Shown here in pieces: positions 34,336 to 46,584 of a stretch of DNA of 46,855 nt (positions are counted from its first letter, which is position 1; each line of letters opens with the position of its first letter). The position numbers and the translations under genes are program-made. Under the pieces are notes generated by a model, which saw nothing but the letters and a program-made list of their open reading frames with translations, did not search any database and was not told the origin of the DNA. The stretch comes from an uncultured Acidobacteriota bacterium (GTDB lineage Bacteria; Acidobacteriota; UBA6911; RPQK01; JAPXNP01): assembly GCA_963777605.1 (NCBI GenBank), contig CAVZRV010000050.1, positions 1-46,855 on the forward strand. Reading direction: 5' to 3'.

Positions 34336-35970
34336 ATGACCTGGATGAGTCAGGTCCTTCTTTTCGTGATTCTGCTTTTCGGTCTTGCGCGTCCTTCCCT
34401 GGCCAGGATCAGAGTTCCCAGAAAGCCCTGCGTCACGAAGAACAAACCGACTATTACGAAAAGTGGCTCAAAGAGGACGAGGTTTATTTGATCACGGATG
34501 AAGAGCGGCCAGTTTTTGAGAGCCTGAACGACCGATCAAGAAAAGGAACAGTTCATCGAGCAGTTCTGGTTCCGACGAGATCCCAATCCGACCACGGCGG
34601 AGCAACGAGTTCGAGACGGAACACTATCGACGAATCGCGTTCGCAAATGAACGGTTTGCCAGTGGTTTGCCGGGGTGGATGACCGATCAGGGGACGCGAT
34701 TTATTTCTTTTTCCAGGGCCCACCGGCAGAAATTGAGCGTCACCCGACCGGAGAGAGGAACTACGACCGGCCCTCCATCAAAGGCGGAGGCGGCACAGTA
34801 CCTATGATCTTCGAAATCTGGCGATATCGGAATATATCCGGAGTCGGTGATAATATTGAACTCGAGTTCGTCGACACGACGATGACCGGCGAGTATCGTT
34901 TCGCGCTCGCCCGAACAAAAAGGATGCCTTCTTCATGTGCCGGGAGCCGGACAGACCCTTGCAGAGGAATTGGGCCTTGCAAAGAAAGGGGATCGACCCT
35001 TCTATTCGCCTGCGAGGCGAGAGCTTATCCTCTGATGTTTCAGCGGGCTAAAGACAGCCCCTTCAGTCGCTATGAGACCTTCGTCAAGTTCAGCGCCCAG
35101 TCGAGATCAAGAACAAGGATCTTCAGGAGATCGTCAAGATCAACATCGGCTATTCGGTCACTTCCGATGGAGCTCCGCCGGGATTACTTCCGTCTGAACA
35201 AGAGCCAGGTACTGGTCCCCATAACGGTTCAGATCAGAGACAAGGACCTGACCTTCAAGGAAGAAGGGAATGCCCAGACCGCCCATTTGGCTGTTTATGG
35301 GCGTAGTAACGAGCCTCACCAATCGTGTGATTGCGGAGTTTGAGGATGACCTGGTCCGAGCTCACTCCCTCCAAAAGTGAACAAGGGGCTCTTGGGAAGA
35401 TCGGTCTACCAGAAGACCGTCGTGCTGGACAGAAACATGCGCTACAAGTTAAACTGGTGGTGAAGGACCTCAACAGTCAGCAGGTCGGAACCTTCAGACG
35501 GCTCTTCTACCTCCGGGTCAAGGAGGAACGCTCGCTGCCAGTTCGCTGATACTGGCGGACGACCTTAAGTGGCTTCGCCGGGCTCCCGAGCGGGAGGAGA
35601 TGTTCGTCTTGGAGATGTAAAGTGCATCCGAACGTCAGCCTCCGGTTCACCGACGCGATGCCTCTGGGGATCTATTTCCAGCTCTACAACGCCGCACTGG
35701 ATCAGTCCACTTCCCAGCCGGCCCTTGAGCTGGCTATCGTCTTATTGGTGATGGAAAGCTCGTCAACGAATTGACGGAGAAGAGCGGAGAGTCGATTCAG
35801 TACTTTCAGAACAGCGGGTGGTCATGGTCAAGTCCGTCGATCTCGGGGCCTCGAACCCGGCCACTACCAGTTGAAGATTGATGTCAGGGATCGGCTCGAT
35901 GGTCAGAGCTCGGACCTTGCCGAGGATTTCGAGATCTTCAAACCTGGGCAGGCTTGCGGAAATAGGATTT
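34336..35970 (+). pseudogene. GWxTD domain-containing exported protein, multiply frameshifted
   Basis: Signal peptide; YYEKWLKEDEVYLITDEER, EQFIEQFWFRRDPNP, HYRRIAFANERF...PGWMTD, EIWRYRNISGVGDNIELEFVD; C-terminal beta domain. Confidence 0.85.
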
Positions 35971-36059
35971 CAATGCCCGATCAGCGTCATTCCGGAGACG
36001 ATTTCGATTCACCTGTCGGCGAAATTGCCGGTTCGCTGGGTCCGCATCCGAAATCCTCG

Positions 36060-37209
36060 ATGCGGCGTGAATTCAGTCGGAAACGGTCGGCGGACTTTAC
36101 GCATTTTGGCGGTCAGCGGACTGGTCAATCTGGCCACCTGGGTTCTCCTCCTCTTCCCAATCTACTGCAGCAGCGCCAGCTGGTCGGCACAGGAAATCGG
36201 CTGGGCGGTGGGCGCCTACTTCCTGGTCAACCTCGTAGCCCTGATTTTCACCGGGCCAGGTTTCCGACCAGATCGGGGGTATCAGACGGCTCTGTTCGGG
36301 GTTATTGTTGGGGGTTGTCGCCGGCGTATTTGTACCTGCTGAGTTCGGGCTGGATCTGGCTGATTTACCCGGCGCGAATATTCCATGGCGGGGCGGCCGG
36401 AATGATCGGGACGGGAGCGCTGATCCAGTTGACCCATTCGGTTCCAACTCCCCGAAAGGGACAGGTGATCGGATATTTGGGCTGCCGGGTTTTGTCATGA
36501 TCGGAGTCGGTCCCCTTCTAGGCCGAATGGTTGATCGACCGATGGGATTTCGCGGGCGCTTTTTCGTGGTTCTGGTGTTCTTCGTCGTCACCGGGGGTTT
36601 GCTCCTCAGAATTCCTCGTTCGCTGGTGACACGTCTCGAAGACGAGTGCCGTTCTTCGTGATCCTCAAAGCTTCATTTCCCCGACTCAAGACGATCCTGA
36701 TATTTTCCGCCCTGTTCGGCCTCTGTTTTTCGTCCTGGAACGGATTCCTGGCTCCCACGTTAAGCAGATCGGTGAGAGGCGCGGTCTCAGGTTTCGGTTG
36801 GGCTATGCCGTCGGGGCCGTAATCAGCCGGCTTGGCTTTAGCCGCAGTCTCGGAAAGCCATTTCCGCCGGCTACTCGCCATTTCTTTCCTGTTGCCCTAT
36901 GGACTGTCCATCATGCTCATCCCTTCGCCGACGCGGCTGGCACTTGCTGTTCTTGGGACCGTTTGTGGAGCCGGGCATGGGATTTTTTACCCCAGCCTCA
37001 GTTCCCTGGCCGGCGGAGAGACTCCATCCTCTTTATCCGGGGCAGGGGATGAGCATTTATATTTCTGCGTCGGTCTTGGGATTGTTTCTCGGCCCTCCTT
37101 TGTGGGGCCTGCTCGCCGACAGTTCGGTTTCACTCTGATCTTCTGTTGGCGCAGGAGCTGGTTCTTTTCTTGGGGACAATTTTTCTTCATCGCTCTCGGA
37201 ACAGCGTGA
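36060..37209 (+). pseudogene. Major facilitator superfamily transporter, multiply frameshifted
   Basis: Hydrophobic fragments with ARIFHGGAAG, PRKGQVIG, GVGPLLG, GAGHGIFYPSL, LGPPLWGLLAD. Confidence 0.75.
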
Positions 37210-37263
37210 CCCGGATCCGGGACGCCGTCAATTTCAGTTGCGCTGAAAGCGGCTGAACGAGCT

Positions 37264-39467
37264 TCACCGAAGGAACCTGGTTATTCTGGATTGCTCACCC
37301 CAAACGGATTCCTGGTGTTCCAGAATCTCCTTCGGCGAAAACCAGAATCGTTTGAGTCGTCGTCTCACTGTGAAGCCGGGCCTGATCGTTGAAGTGCGGT
37401 GATTCGGGATCCTGGGATTGTCCGTATGGCAGCAGACTCCAGACCGTCTTCTCCGGACCTTCGACAACGACCAGGACATGTCCCCAGCCATCGTCGCAAT
37501 GAATCTCCCCTCTATCGGTTTCCGGGCCATAATCGGGGTGCAGATTGTCGAACAGGTGGCTTCCCCCCAGCGGGAACCGACGCCCTCGAACGACCACGTT
37601 GATTTTTCCCCAGGGCACTCTGGTCGTACCAAACTGCTGCTCCATTCGATCGAGGGCTTCGGTCAGGATTTCGAGGGCGAGGGTCTGCTCATCGGAGGAA
37701 TCGAGATCGATCCGACCGCGGCCATGGAACTGAACCGACGGAACTGCCGGGTTCACGCTCTTGGTAGACCGTGCCCCAGTAGTGCAGCACGGAATAGGCT
37801 TCCGAGTCTTTTCCGGATCGGTAGTCCCAGGCGGACAGGGTCTCGATTGCTTCAGCCACCCTGTCGTCTGAAATCGCCAGGTGGTTCTTCTTGAAGGCTT
37901 TCGAAAGCAACGGGACGATGACTTCGGCGGGCAGAATATAGGTGTCCCAAGCCAAATCTTTCATCTGTTCAAGGGACAGCGTTTCATTTTGCTCCATGAC
38001 TTGGAAAATACGCTCCGCCCGCAGATTGAGGATTGTCTTCTCCGGAATCGGCGGGCGGTGCGTAGCGCAGGTAGTACGGAGCCGGATCGAGCGGATTCAG
38101 GCCGGAGTTCCTGGTCGATAGCCAGGGCTGTGTATTGCAGTTTTGCAGGAATCCTGCCGGAGGATTGAGAATCTGGGGATGCGCTTCCATCGGCAAGTAG
38201 GAATCCCACTCCGTCTTACTGGTCCATCCGGGCACCGGTTTCCGCCAGTCGTAGCCGTCCGGCCGCCGCGGAACGACGCCATTGTGGATCCAGAAGATCG
38301 TGTCGGAGTCGCTGTAGAGGAGATTCCAACGTGGCATCAGGAGATCGGCGAGGACGGCTCTAAACTCGTCGAGGTCCTGAGACTTCATGATCCGATAAAG
38401 GTTGGAGGAGTAGTTGACTCCGTCGAAGTTGGGCAACTTCACAGAGAACGCCCGATTGGCCGGTGATCGACCTGCACGATCGGGCCGTGATGGGTGTAGT
38501 AAAGGGGCAGTTCAACGGTGGCCAGACCGCGCTCCGACGGACCTTGAATGTTGCCAACGCCGTCTGAACAGACCGCCAGGCGCCGTCATAGAGGTACTGC
38601 AGCGGGTTTTCCGGATTCAGCTTTTCCTCGTAGACATCGGCGATGTTGGGCGCGTTGTAGGTCGCCGACCAGGTGATCTTGTCGTTGAACCCATCGAGAA
38701 AGAAGGGACTGCCGAACCAGCTGATTCCGGCCGCATTGAGTCGGCCGGGTGTGACCAGGTGGGCTTCGTAGTTCTGGAACCGGTTGTTCCAGGGCATGTG
38801 AGTGTGCTCTACGTGGATAATTCGGCCGTCCGCTCGATTTCGTCTTCGCGATCGCAAACTGGTTCGAGCCAAAGCGACGGAAACACGTAGGGCAGATCGG
38901 TCAGCTTCGAAAGGGCGTCGTGCACACTGTAGAAGCGAAGGTACTGGGATCGCTCCAGGGCTTCGACATCTACTGCGCTGATGGGCTCGATCCAGTCCGC
39001 GCAATTCGTTCGGTGCTCAGCGATGTAGTAGTTGATCCCCCTGGCAAATCCGTCCAACACGGCTGAATGTCTCCGGATCGATTTCATTCCTTCTTTCGAC
39101 CACCGTCTGCTTGGTTCTGAGCAGACGCTGAAGGTAGTCGCCATCCCACCGATAATCGTAAGGAATGAACCGCAGAAACCCTTCCCCCAGAGCCTGAATC
39201 CCCAGAACTTCAGCACGGCGACCTTGGGCATCCAGGTACTGAATCATCATCTCTTCAAGGTGGTCCTGGGCCTGGGCATACCCGTATCCGAAAAAGGTCG
39301 CAGGTTCGTGTCCCCAAAATATGGGGAACGCCAAATTCGTCTCGATAGATCGTCACCTGGTTTGCAAATGGATCGAGGATGGGTTTCGAAGTACAGGCTG
39401 CGAGTAGAGTCGAAATGATCAGAATCCAGCATGAGCGGTAATCCTGAGACCAGCAGCGTACAAGCAT
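37264..39467 (-). pseudogene. Penicillin acylase family (peptidase S45, Ntn hydrolase) lipoprotein, multiply frameshifted
   Basis: GGAGGA RBS; LLAAC lipobox; VTIYRDEFGVPHI, FGYGYAQAQDH, GSNQFAIA nucleophile Ser, YEAHL, NPPAGFLQNCN, YGQSQDPESPHFNDQ. Confidence 0.88.
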
Positions 39468-39495
39468 CGGGTTCCTCCAGCAGCGACTCACCTGG

Positions 39496-42348
39496 TCACT
39501 CGCCCGGCAGCGCAACCTGAAAATGGACGACAATTTCGGCGGTTCCAATCGATCCCGGGACCTCCACCCATTCGGTGTCGCTGTCAAAGTCGAGCCAATT
39601 CTCCGAATTGACAGTTACCAATCACATCCGACTCCCATTTGGGGCTCGAAACCGGATCCTGATCCGATCTGGAATTTGGCGGCTTGGAACGTGGACTGTG
39701 GCCCGGATCGTTCCCGATTTCAGATTTGAAATCATGGAATAGGAAAGCGGGCCGAACTCCGTTTGAAGTCGATCGACCTTGACGGTCTCGCCGTCCGCCA
39801 TCCAGTTCCGCGGGGTGGCTTGCATCAGCCAGAGTTCGTTGTCGACCGTTCGCGCCAGCATATCGGTGAAGTTGCGCAGCCAGTAGCCGGCTGCCCATCC
39901 CGTCAGCTCAAAGACGCGGTCCTTACCCCAACTACGGTGCTCGTAGGTGGTCAGCGTCTCACGGGCGAGCGTAGTTGTGGACTGGCTGTAAAGGGTGTAG
40001 AGGAAATTTTCGACCATATCTCTCGCCAGGTATTCAGTCGCATGGCAGGCCCAGAACGGTTCGTCGGGAAGGCCCGGATTCATTGGCGAGTAGCTGTCCT
40101 CGAAGAAATTGACCAGCCACCAGTTCTCTGGAGAGCCCGATGGAAAGACCCGGGTGTCGAGCATACCGCCCTGCCAGGGACCATATCGACCACGGCTGCG
40201 TACCATCGCGTGGTCTCCATTTGCCCGGAAGGCTTTTCGAGGTATGCGGGAAGGTAAGGCACCCAGGTATCGTCGTTAAGGCGTACCAGGGAGCGCTCAG
40301 CCGCCGCGCGCCGCTGGCTATCCTGGAGGCAACCTCGGTAGTCATCGGATTCCGCTCTAAATTCTCCAGCTCTTGGGTGACCGATCTTCTCGAGAACCTG
40401 GGTCATGAAGTCCATTCCTCGCCAGATGTTGGAGTCACTGAATATGCTGGTGCCGTGACTTCCGTCTGTCACCCGGCCGGGGGGAAACCATCCATAGTTC
40501 AGGGGCCGGGTGCCGTCGGGATTCAGCTTCCTGGTTTCCTTGCGGGTGTCCCGAACCCACTCCATGCTTTTGATCAGTGCCGGCAGTCTGCGGTCGAGCC
40601 AGTCCCGGTCACCGGAGAGTTGGAAGTACCGCGCCGAGGCCCACTGGATCATGCCCTGATACATCAGCCAGACCAAGGGACACTGCTCCCGAGGAGCCCC
40701 GAAGAAGCCGTCCCAGTTGGTGATTGCCGGAGAGTCAGGGGCCGGAATGCCTTGCCAGTCAAAATAAGGTCCAGATACCTTCTTGCCAGTTCGAATTGAC
40801 CCAGCGGGAAAGGTAATCGGCTACGCCATAGGACGTGACGTGATGCCACACCAGGTTGTAGACAATGGGGCCGGTCTGGCAGGACGGAGCGGCCCTCGAG
40901 ATCGAGGTCCGAGTTGATCGTCAAACGCGGAAGGAACGTGCGATAGAGGTTGTTGAACAAGGGGTCAGGCACCTCGATAGCTGCCCCGCGTTTCTCCAGT
41001 TCATCCCAGAATCGAACGGTGCGGTCGTACGCGGTCCGGTAGCCCAGTCTCTCAATTGAATTCCGAAGGGCCGGGGAACCCGGTCGATACAGTCCGGCGA
41101 AATGAAATCGTCCGGTCTCCAGCGCTCCCAGGTTGATGAGCACACAAATCGCTTTCTTCCCTGAGTCGTTGGGATTTCTTCAAATTTCAGACTTGGGTCA
41201 CTAACCAGGACCAGTTCTCCCAGGAGGTAGAATCCTCCTTCACGCCAGGTCAGCGCCTCGATATCAGGGAGCGGCATTCTGGCCGTTTTTCTGCCATGAA
41301 AGAAGAAGTCTTCATTGGTGAATTCAATCCCGAGATAGGTCGAGACTTCGCGATCCTTTGAATTCTCGAGTTGGAGCTCTGTCCAGGCCAGCAAGGGCTC
41401 AACTCCCGTCTTGATCGTCTCTCCTTGAAGTGGGTAGGCAAAGTTCGTCTGGTGAACAGAAAGTCCGATTTCCTCCCAGTCCGTGGCAACAACCAGTTGA
41501 AAACCGTCGAGCAGGCTCTGAGTAATTGAGGAATCCCCATACTCTCTGAATCGGGGTGCATCCCCCACCCCGAATTGAAAGGTAAATCCACGGGCACGGG
41601 GCTGCCAGGGGACATCGGGGAATTCCTCAGGGTCCCCCCCGACAGATCTCGACGAGACGCCGATCTTCCCATTGTTCCAGAGAATGAACTCATCGTTGTG
41701 GTCGGGCCAGCCGAGGTAGATACGCGAGTACTTCAGGTCCGGGAAGCGATTGAAGAAGTACTTGGAATCGACTTCGGGCATCTTTGCAATGTGCTCGATG
41801 GAGCGGGCGTCGATGGGCCAACTCTGCTTTTCTTCAACGAAGTCCCAAATCTTCTGGTCCAGCCGGGGTTCATGTTCGACCAGCCGGTCCACTGAAAGTA
41901 CTTTTCTGAACATGAAACGAAGGGCCTTTTCAGGCATCCCTGGATGGCCTGAGCATTCGACTTCCTGAGGTCCGCGGTTTCGTTCCAGTTTCCCCGGAGA
42001 CTGATGTAAATCCCCAGATCCCGAACCCAGACGTAGGGATTCTGCTCGAGCATCAGGTCCGAAACCAGAAAGCCGTAACCGTCGGCAAGGCGGACCTGTA
42101 TCCACCCGGTCTCTTCACCCTTCTTGGTGAGTTCGACCTGCATCCCATGGGGATGCTCGGAGCCGGTTCGATCGAAAGGCGTTGTTCGAACCTGAATATT
42201 GTCGCTGTAGGCCAGGGACCTCCACATGAGAAAGCCAGGGCAGCTCGGCTGTCGAGTCCTGCCACTGTATCGTTGCGAAAGCAGCTGCCGCATAACTGGA
42301 AAACGGGACGGCAATCAACAGCAAGAAAGCACAGGTCCGAGCCTGCAT
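39496..42348 (-). pseudogene. Large secreted protein with probable six-hairpin glycosidase-like domain, multiply frameshifted
   Basis: Signal peptide MQARTCAFLLLIAVP; IEVPDPLFNNLYR, YFQLSGDRDWL, LWLMQATPRNW...TEFGPLSY C-terminal beta domain typical of (alpha/alpha)6 glycosidase-like proteins. Confidence 0.6.
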
Positions 42349-42550
42349 GGTGTGGCCTCCTTTTCCGGTAAGCCCGTCGGCTTAAATAGGGCGGTGCAGC
42401 CGCCCTTGGCTACGTGGGGTGAATTATTCAATATCTAGAGAATCTTCCAATAGGTTAGCGACGCCTTCCCCCGGTGCGGATCATTCCGAGGGTAAATCTG
42501 GGCGTCCGCTGGCCATCAACCGGTGAATCCTCCTAAGCGGTCGATGCCGA

Positions 42551-42559
42551 TGCTATACT
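42551..42559 (+). promoter_or_regulatory. Extended -10 promoter, probably leaderless, for the CRTAC1 gene
   Basis: TGCTATACT ends 7 nt before GTG 42566. Confidence 0.55.
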
Positions 42560-42565
42560 TCCGAG

Positions 42566-44263
42566 GTGCAGGCCATTCGCCTACTCCTGGTCACTCCTGT
42601 TGTCGGTCTTCCTACTGCTGTCGACCAATCCGTCTTTTGGGGCGGGAAAGGTCGAATTCGGGGTGCGTTTCAACGAGGTCTCAGACCGGGCCGGAGTTCA
42701 TTTCCGCCACCTGAGCGGAGGGCCGGAGAAGGACTACATCGTCGAGTCGAAGGGAGGTGGAGTGGCCGTTTTTGACTATGACTCGGATGGGTGGCTCGAC
42801 ATATACCTGGTGAGTGGGTCCCGTTCGACCTCCAGAAGCAGGGCATCAGAGTTCGGCCGGACGTTCCGCGCAATCGTCTCTATCGCAACAACGGAGATGC
42901 AACCTTCTCCGATGTGACCGATGTAGTGGTACCGGTGATCCAGGTCGGGGGATGGGCGCGTCGTCGGCGGACTACGACAATGACGGTGACGCGGATCTCT
43001 ACGTCACCAACTACGGGAATGACGTTTTTTTCCAAAACAACGGAGACGGAACCTTCAGTGACGTGACTCAAGCGGCGGGATTGGTTGTTCCGGCTGGAGC
43101 ACGGGTGCGGCCTGGGGAGACTATGATCGGGACGGCGACCTTGACCTCTATGTGGCACGCTACATTGACTTCGGTGGTGGAAGATTCCGCCGAAGGGAGC
43201 AACAGCGCCTGCCAGTATCGTGGAATTGCCGTTCAGTGCGGTCCGATGGGACTGCCGGCTCTTGGCGATCTCCTGTTCCGAAATGAGGGGAACGGCGTTT
43301 TCGTGGACGTGACGAAGCAGGCACTTGGTGCGGATCAGCCGCGCAACTATAGTTTTACGCCGATCTGGGCCGATTTTGACGAGGACGGTTGGCCAGATCT
43401 TTTCGTTGCCTGTGACTCCACTCCCAACCTCTACTATCGGAATCGAGGAGACGGTACCTTTGAAGAGTTGGGGGCGTTGAGTGGCTGTGCCTATAGTCGA
43501 GACGCAATGGAGCAGTCCGGAATGGGCGCCGATATCGCGGATTTCGACCACGACGGGCTGCTCGATCTCTGGTTAAATTTCTCGGAGGACTACAATACGC
43601 TCTATCGGAACCTGGGTGATTCCTTCTTCGATGATGTCACGATTGATGCCCACATCGTGAGAGTAAGTTGGTCGATGGTGAGTTTTGCGCTGAAGTTCGC
43701 CGATTTCGACCTGGATGGTTGGAAAGACGCTTTCATCGTCAATGGGCATGTCTATCCGGGAATCGAGGAACAGACCGGGGCCGAGTATCGACAGCACCCG
43801 AAGGTTCTCTGGAATCAGCGCGATTCCACGTTTGTCGACGCCACCGAGATGGTCGGCGGGGACTTGCTGGAGAAGGCAGTCGGCCGGGGCGGTGCCTTCG
43901 GAGATCTCGACAACGACGGGGATGTCGATGCGGTCATCAACAACCTGGACGATCGGTGCAGCATCCTCCTCTGCGATTCTCCGCCCGGGCGGCACCGGTC
44001 ATGATAAAACTCCGCGGTTCGAAAAGCAACCGAGATGGAATTGGCGCCATGATTCGGCTGAAGGCCGGCAAGGTGGAACAAGTTCAGCCCGTCTACCAAT
44101 GGGGTGGATTTCTTTCCAGCAACGACTTGCGATCGTTTTTCGGGCTAGGCGCACCACCATGTTGACCGGGTCGAATCCGGTGGCCTTCCGGATTGGAGCA
44201 GACTTTTACGGAGCTTCCGGTCGATCGTTTGATCACAATCGTGGAGGGGAATGCTCAATATGA
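42566..44263 (+). pseudogene. CRTAC1 family protein (FG-GAP/VCBS repeats plus ASPIC/UnbV), frameshifted
   Basis: Repeated DYDSDGWLD, DYDNDGDAD, DFDEDGWPD and DLDNDGDVD motifs; LRGSKSNRDGIGA...GGFLSSND. Confidence 0.9.
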
Positions 44264-45027
44264 AGTGGGAAAACTTAACCTCCCGTGAGGTCGGTGAGCT
44301 CGCGCGTCAGACGGCGCTCGTATTTCCTATCGGTGCTGTTGAGCAACATGGTGCCCATCTGCCTCTGGCGACCGATAGCATCATCGCTGCCTCTTTGGCG
44401 GCGCGCCTCGATCAGGACTGCGGGGACCGCCTGCTTGTTCTCCCGGTTCAGAAGGTCGGATTCAGTTGGCACCATATGGCGTTTCCCGGCACCCTTTCTA
44501 GAAATCGATGAAGCGCTCTTGAGCGTAATGATGGACGTGGTGCTGGAATCACCAGGCTTCCGCCGATCCTGGTCTTGAATGGACATGGGGGGAATCAGGC
44601 GATCAGCGAGGTGCTCGCTCAAAAGGCGATGTTGGACTGGCCTGAAATGGAAGTCGTCGTGACTTCCTGGTGGCGAGTTGCATCGGAATCGCTGAAGGAA
44701 CTTGTCGAAGAGGAGTATCCCGCGGTCGGACATGCCTGTGAGTTTGAGACCAGCCTGATGCTCTATTTCAGGCCTGAGCTCGTCCACATGGAGCTTTCAG
44801 TAGACGACGGGATCCCCCCCGAGGCGCCCCAACTCCGTTCGGATCTGTTTACTCGGACAGCATCTGCAAGTCTCTCCTATCCTTTTGACAAGTTGACTCG
44901 GAATGGGGTATTTGGCCGGCCTTCGCTCGCCTCGGCTCGGAAGGGCGAGGAAATTGTCGAACGCGTGGTAGTGGCTCTGATGGAGTTGGTCAAGAGTTGC
45001 TGGCCGGACCTCGCCGCAGAGTTCTAG
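44251..45027 (+). CDS. Creatininase family amidohydrolase; apparent frameshifts near 44500-44570
   Basis: PIGAVEQHGAHLPLATD, HHMAFPGTL, NGHGGN, GHACEFETS, NGVFGRP...KGEE. Confidence 0.9.
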
Positions 45028-45416
45028 CCTATTGAAAAGACTCCCGATATGGTAAAATTTCCCCTAAGTTGTCGCCGTACTTGTCGAAACGGCAGCAATG
45101 GGCTTGGCGAGCCCAGGGTCACATCATCCCTGTGCTCAGGTTTGATTGCCGAGAGAGACAAAGCCAATTATGGGTCGTGCCTGCTCTGCCGATTCGGACG
45201 CTGAGTCAAACTGGAGGGGTTTGGCTGCGGCGGGTTCGCAGCGGTTGTTTCTGATTCTGCTTTCAAGTAGAAATCCCGGCTGTGCGGATCTCATGGGCTG
45301 CCGAGTGTCTCGAGTGTGATGTGACCTGCTTGCCTTTGAGTAGCGTTGAGGTGGCTGGGGAGTTGATATCGTTGGTGGCACGTTGCGTTGAAGTATGCTG
45401 AGAAAGGGCCGATTAA

Positions 45417-46190
45417 GTGACCGGTCGAACCTACAGAGCGCCTTCTGTCGTGCGAGCCTTTAAGATTATTGAAACTCTTTCGGAATCGCCATCTGGAAAA
45501 CGAATCTCGGAATTGAGTCAGCTGCTCGATGTGCCGATCAGTTCGACCAGCATCATTCTCAATACTCTTCACTCATTGGGCTACCTCATCAAGGAAAACT
45601 CGAGCTTCCGCCTGAGTACGCGACTGCTTGAAATTGGCAATAGAGTCCTTGAAAGCAAGGAACTGTCCTGGGCTCTGAAGGAGCCGTTGCACCAACTCGT
45701 TGAGGAAGTCCGGATCACGGCGCACGCCGCTGTACTCGAGGGTCACCACGCGGTGATTATCGAAAAAGTGAGCCCGACTACTCCTTCGTATATCACGATC
45801 AACACCTACGTCGGCCGCAGGTCCAGGCTGAACTGCACTGCGCTCGGGAAACTCCTGGTCCTACCAGGAGCCCGAAGTTCGAAAGGAAATCATCAAGGAG
45901 ATCGATTTCAAGCCACTAACGGCAAATACGATATCGGATCCAACGACATTCGAGCGTGAACTCGAGAAAGCCAGTTGAACGCTATGCCGTCGATGATGAA
46001 GAGGAAGAACTCGGGATCCGGTGTGTTGGGGCTCCGGTTCTGGGAAGAGACGGAAAGCTGGTAGGTGCGATCAGTCTTTGCGGACAACGGCCCAATTACG
46101 GGTATCGAATTGGGCTTCATTAATCTTTGGGTGCAGACGGCAGCTCATCGAATCTCGGCGGAGTTGGGGTATGACTGCGGACCTTTCTGA
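45417..46190 (+). CDS. IclR family transcriptional regulator; apparent frameshifts in 3' part
   Basis: APSVVRAFKIIETL HTH, LNCTALGKLL, then YAVDDEEEELGIRCVGAPV...AAHRISAELG in a shifted frame. Confidence 0.9.
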
Positions 46191-46584
46191 ACCGGGGGGT
46201 TTCCGGCCCAGGCCGAATGAGAACTGGCGTTCCGTTAGTGACGCTGTTCAACCGGTTGGTGTCAAATTCCACTTCGGGAATATTTTCTTCCCTGATTTAG
46301 AAAACCTCGAAAACTCAGCAAGTTCGAGAGCAACCGAGAATCCTCATCCCTTGCCCTTGAAGCGCGAATCCGAACTGTAATTCATAATTTTGTTTCTCTT
46401 TTCAGCCCATTGACTGTTAGAATTGGCTCAATCTTCGGGACTGATGCTTCGCACACGGGGGGGCACGTGAAGCGACTCCGGAGTTTGAGTTGCCGTGAGG
46501 AGTCACGGCGGCTCGGGTGGGTGAATCGATCCGGGGGCCGTTTGTGCGGGCATAGACATCACGTTCCAGGAAGGTTGGATATCG

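Noticed and set aside
45376-45393. TGGCACG sigma54-like box before iclR
   Set aside because: No GC at the -12 position.
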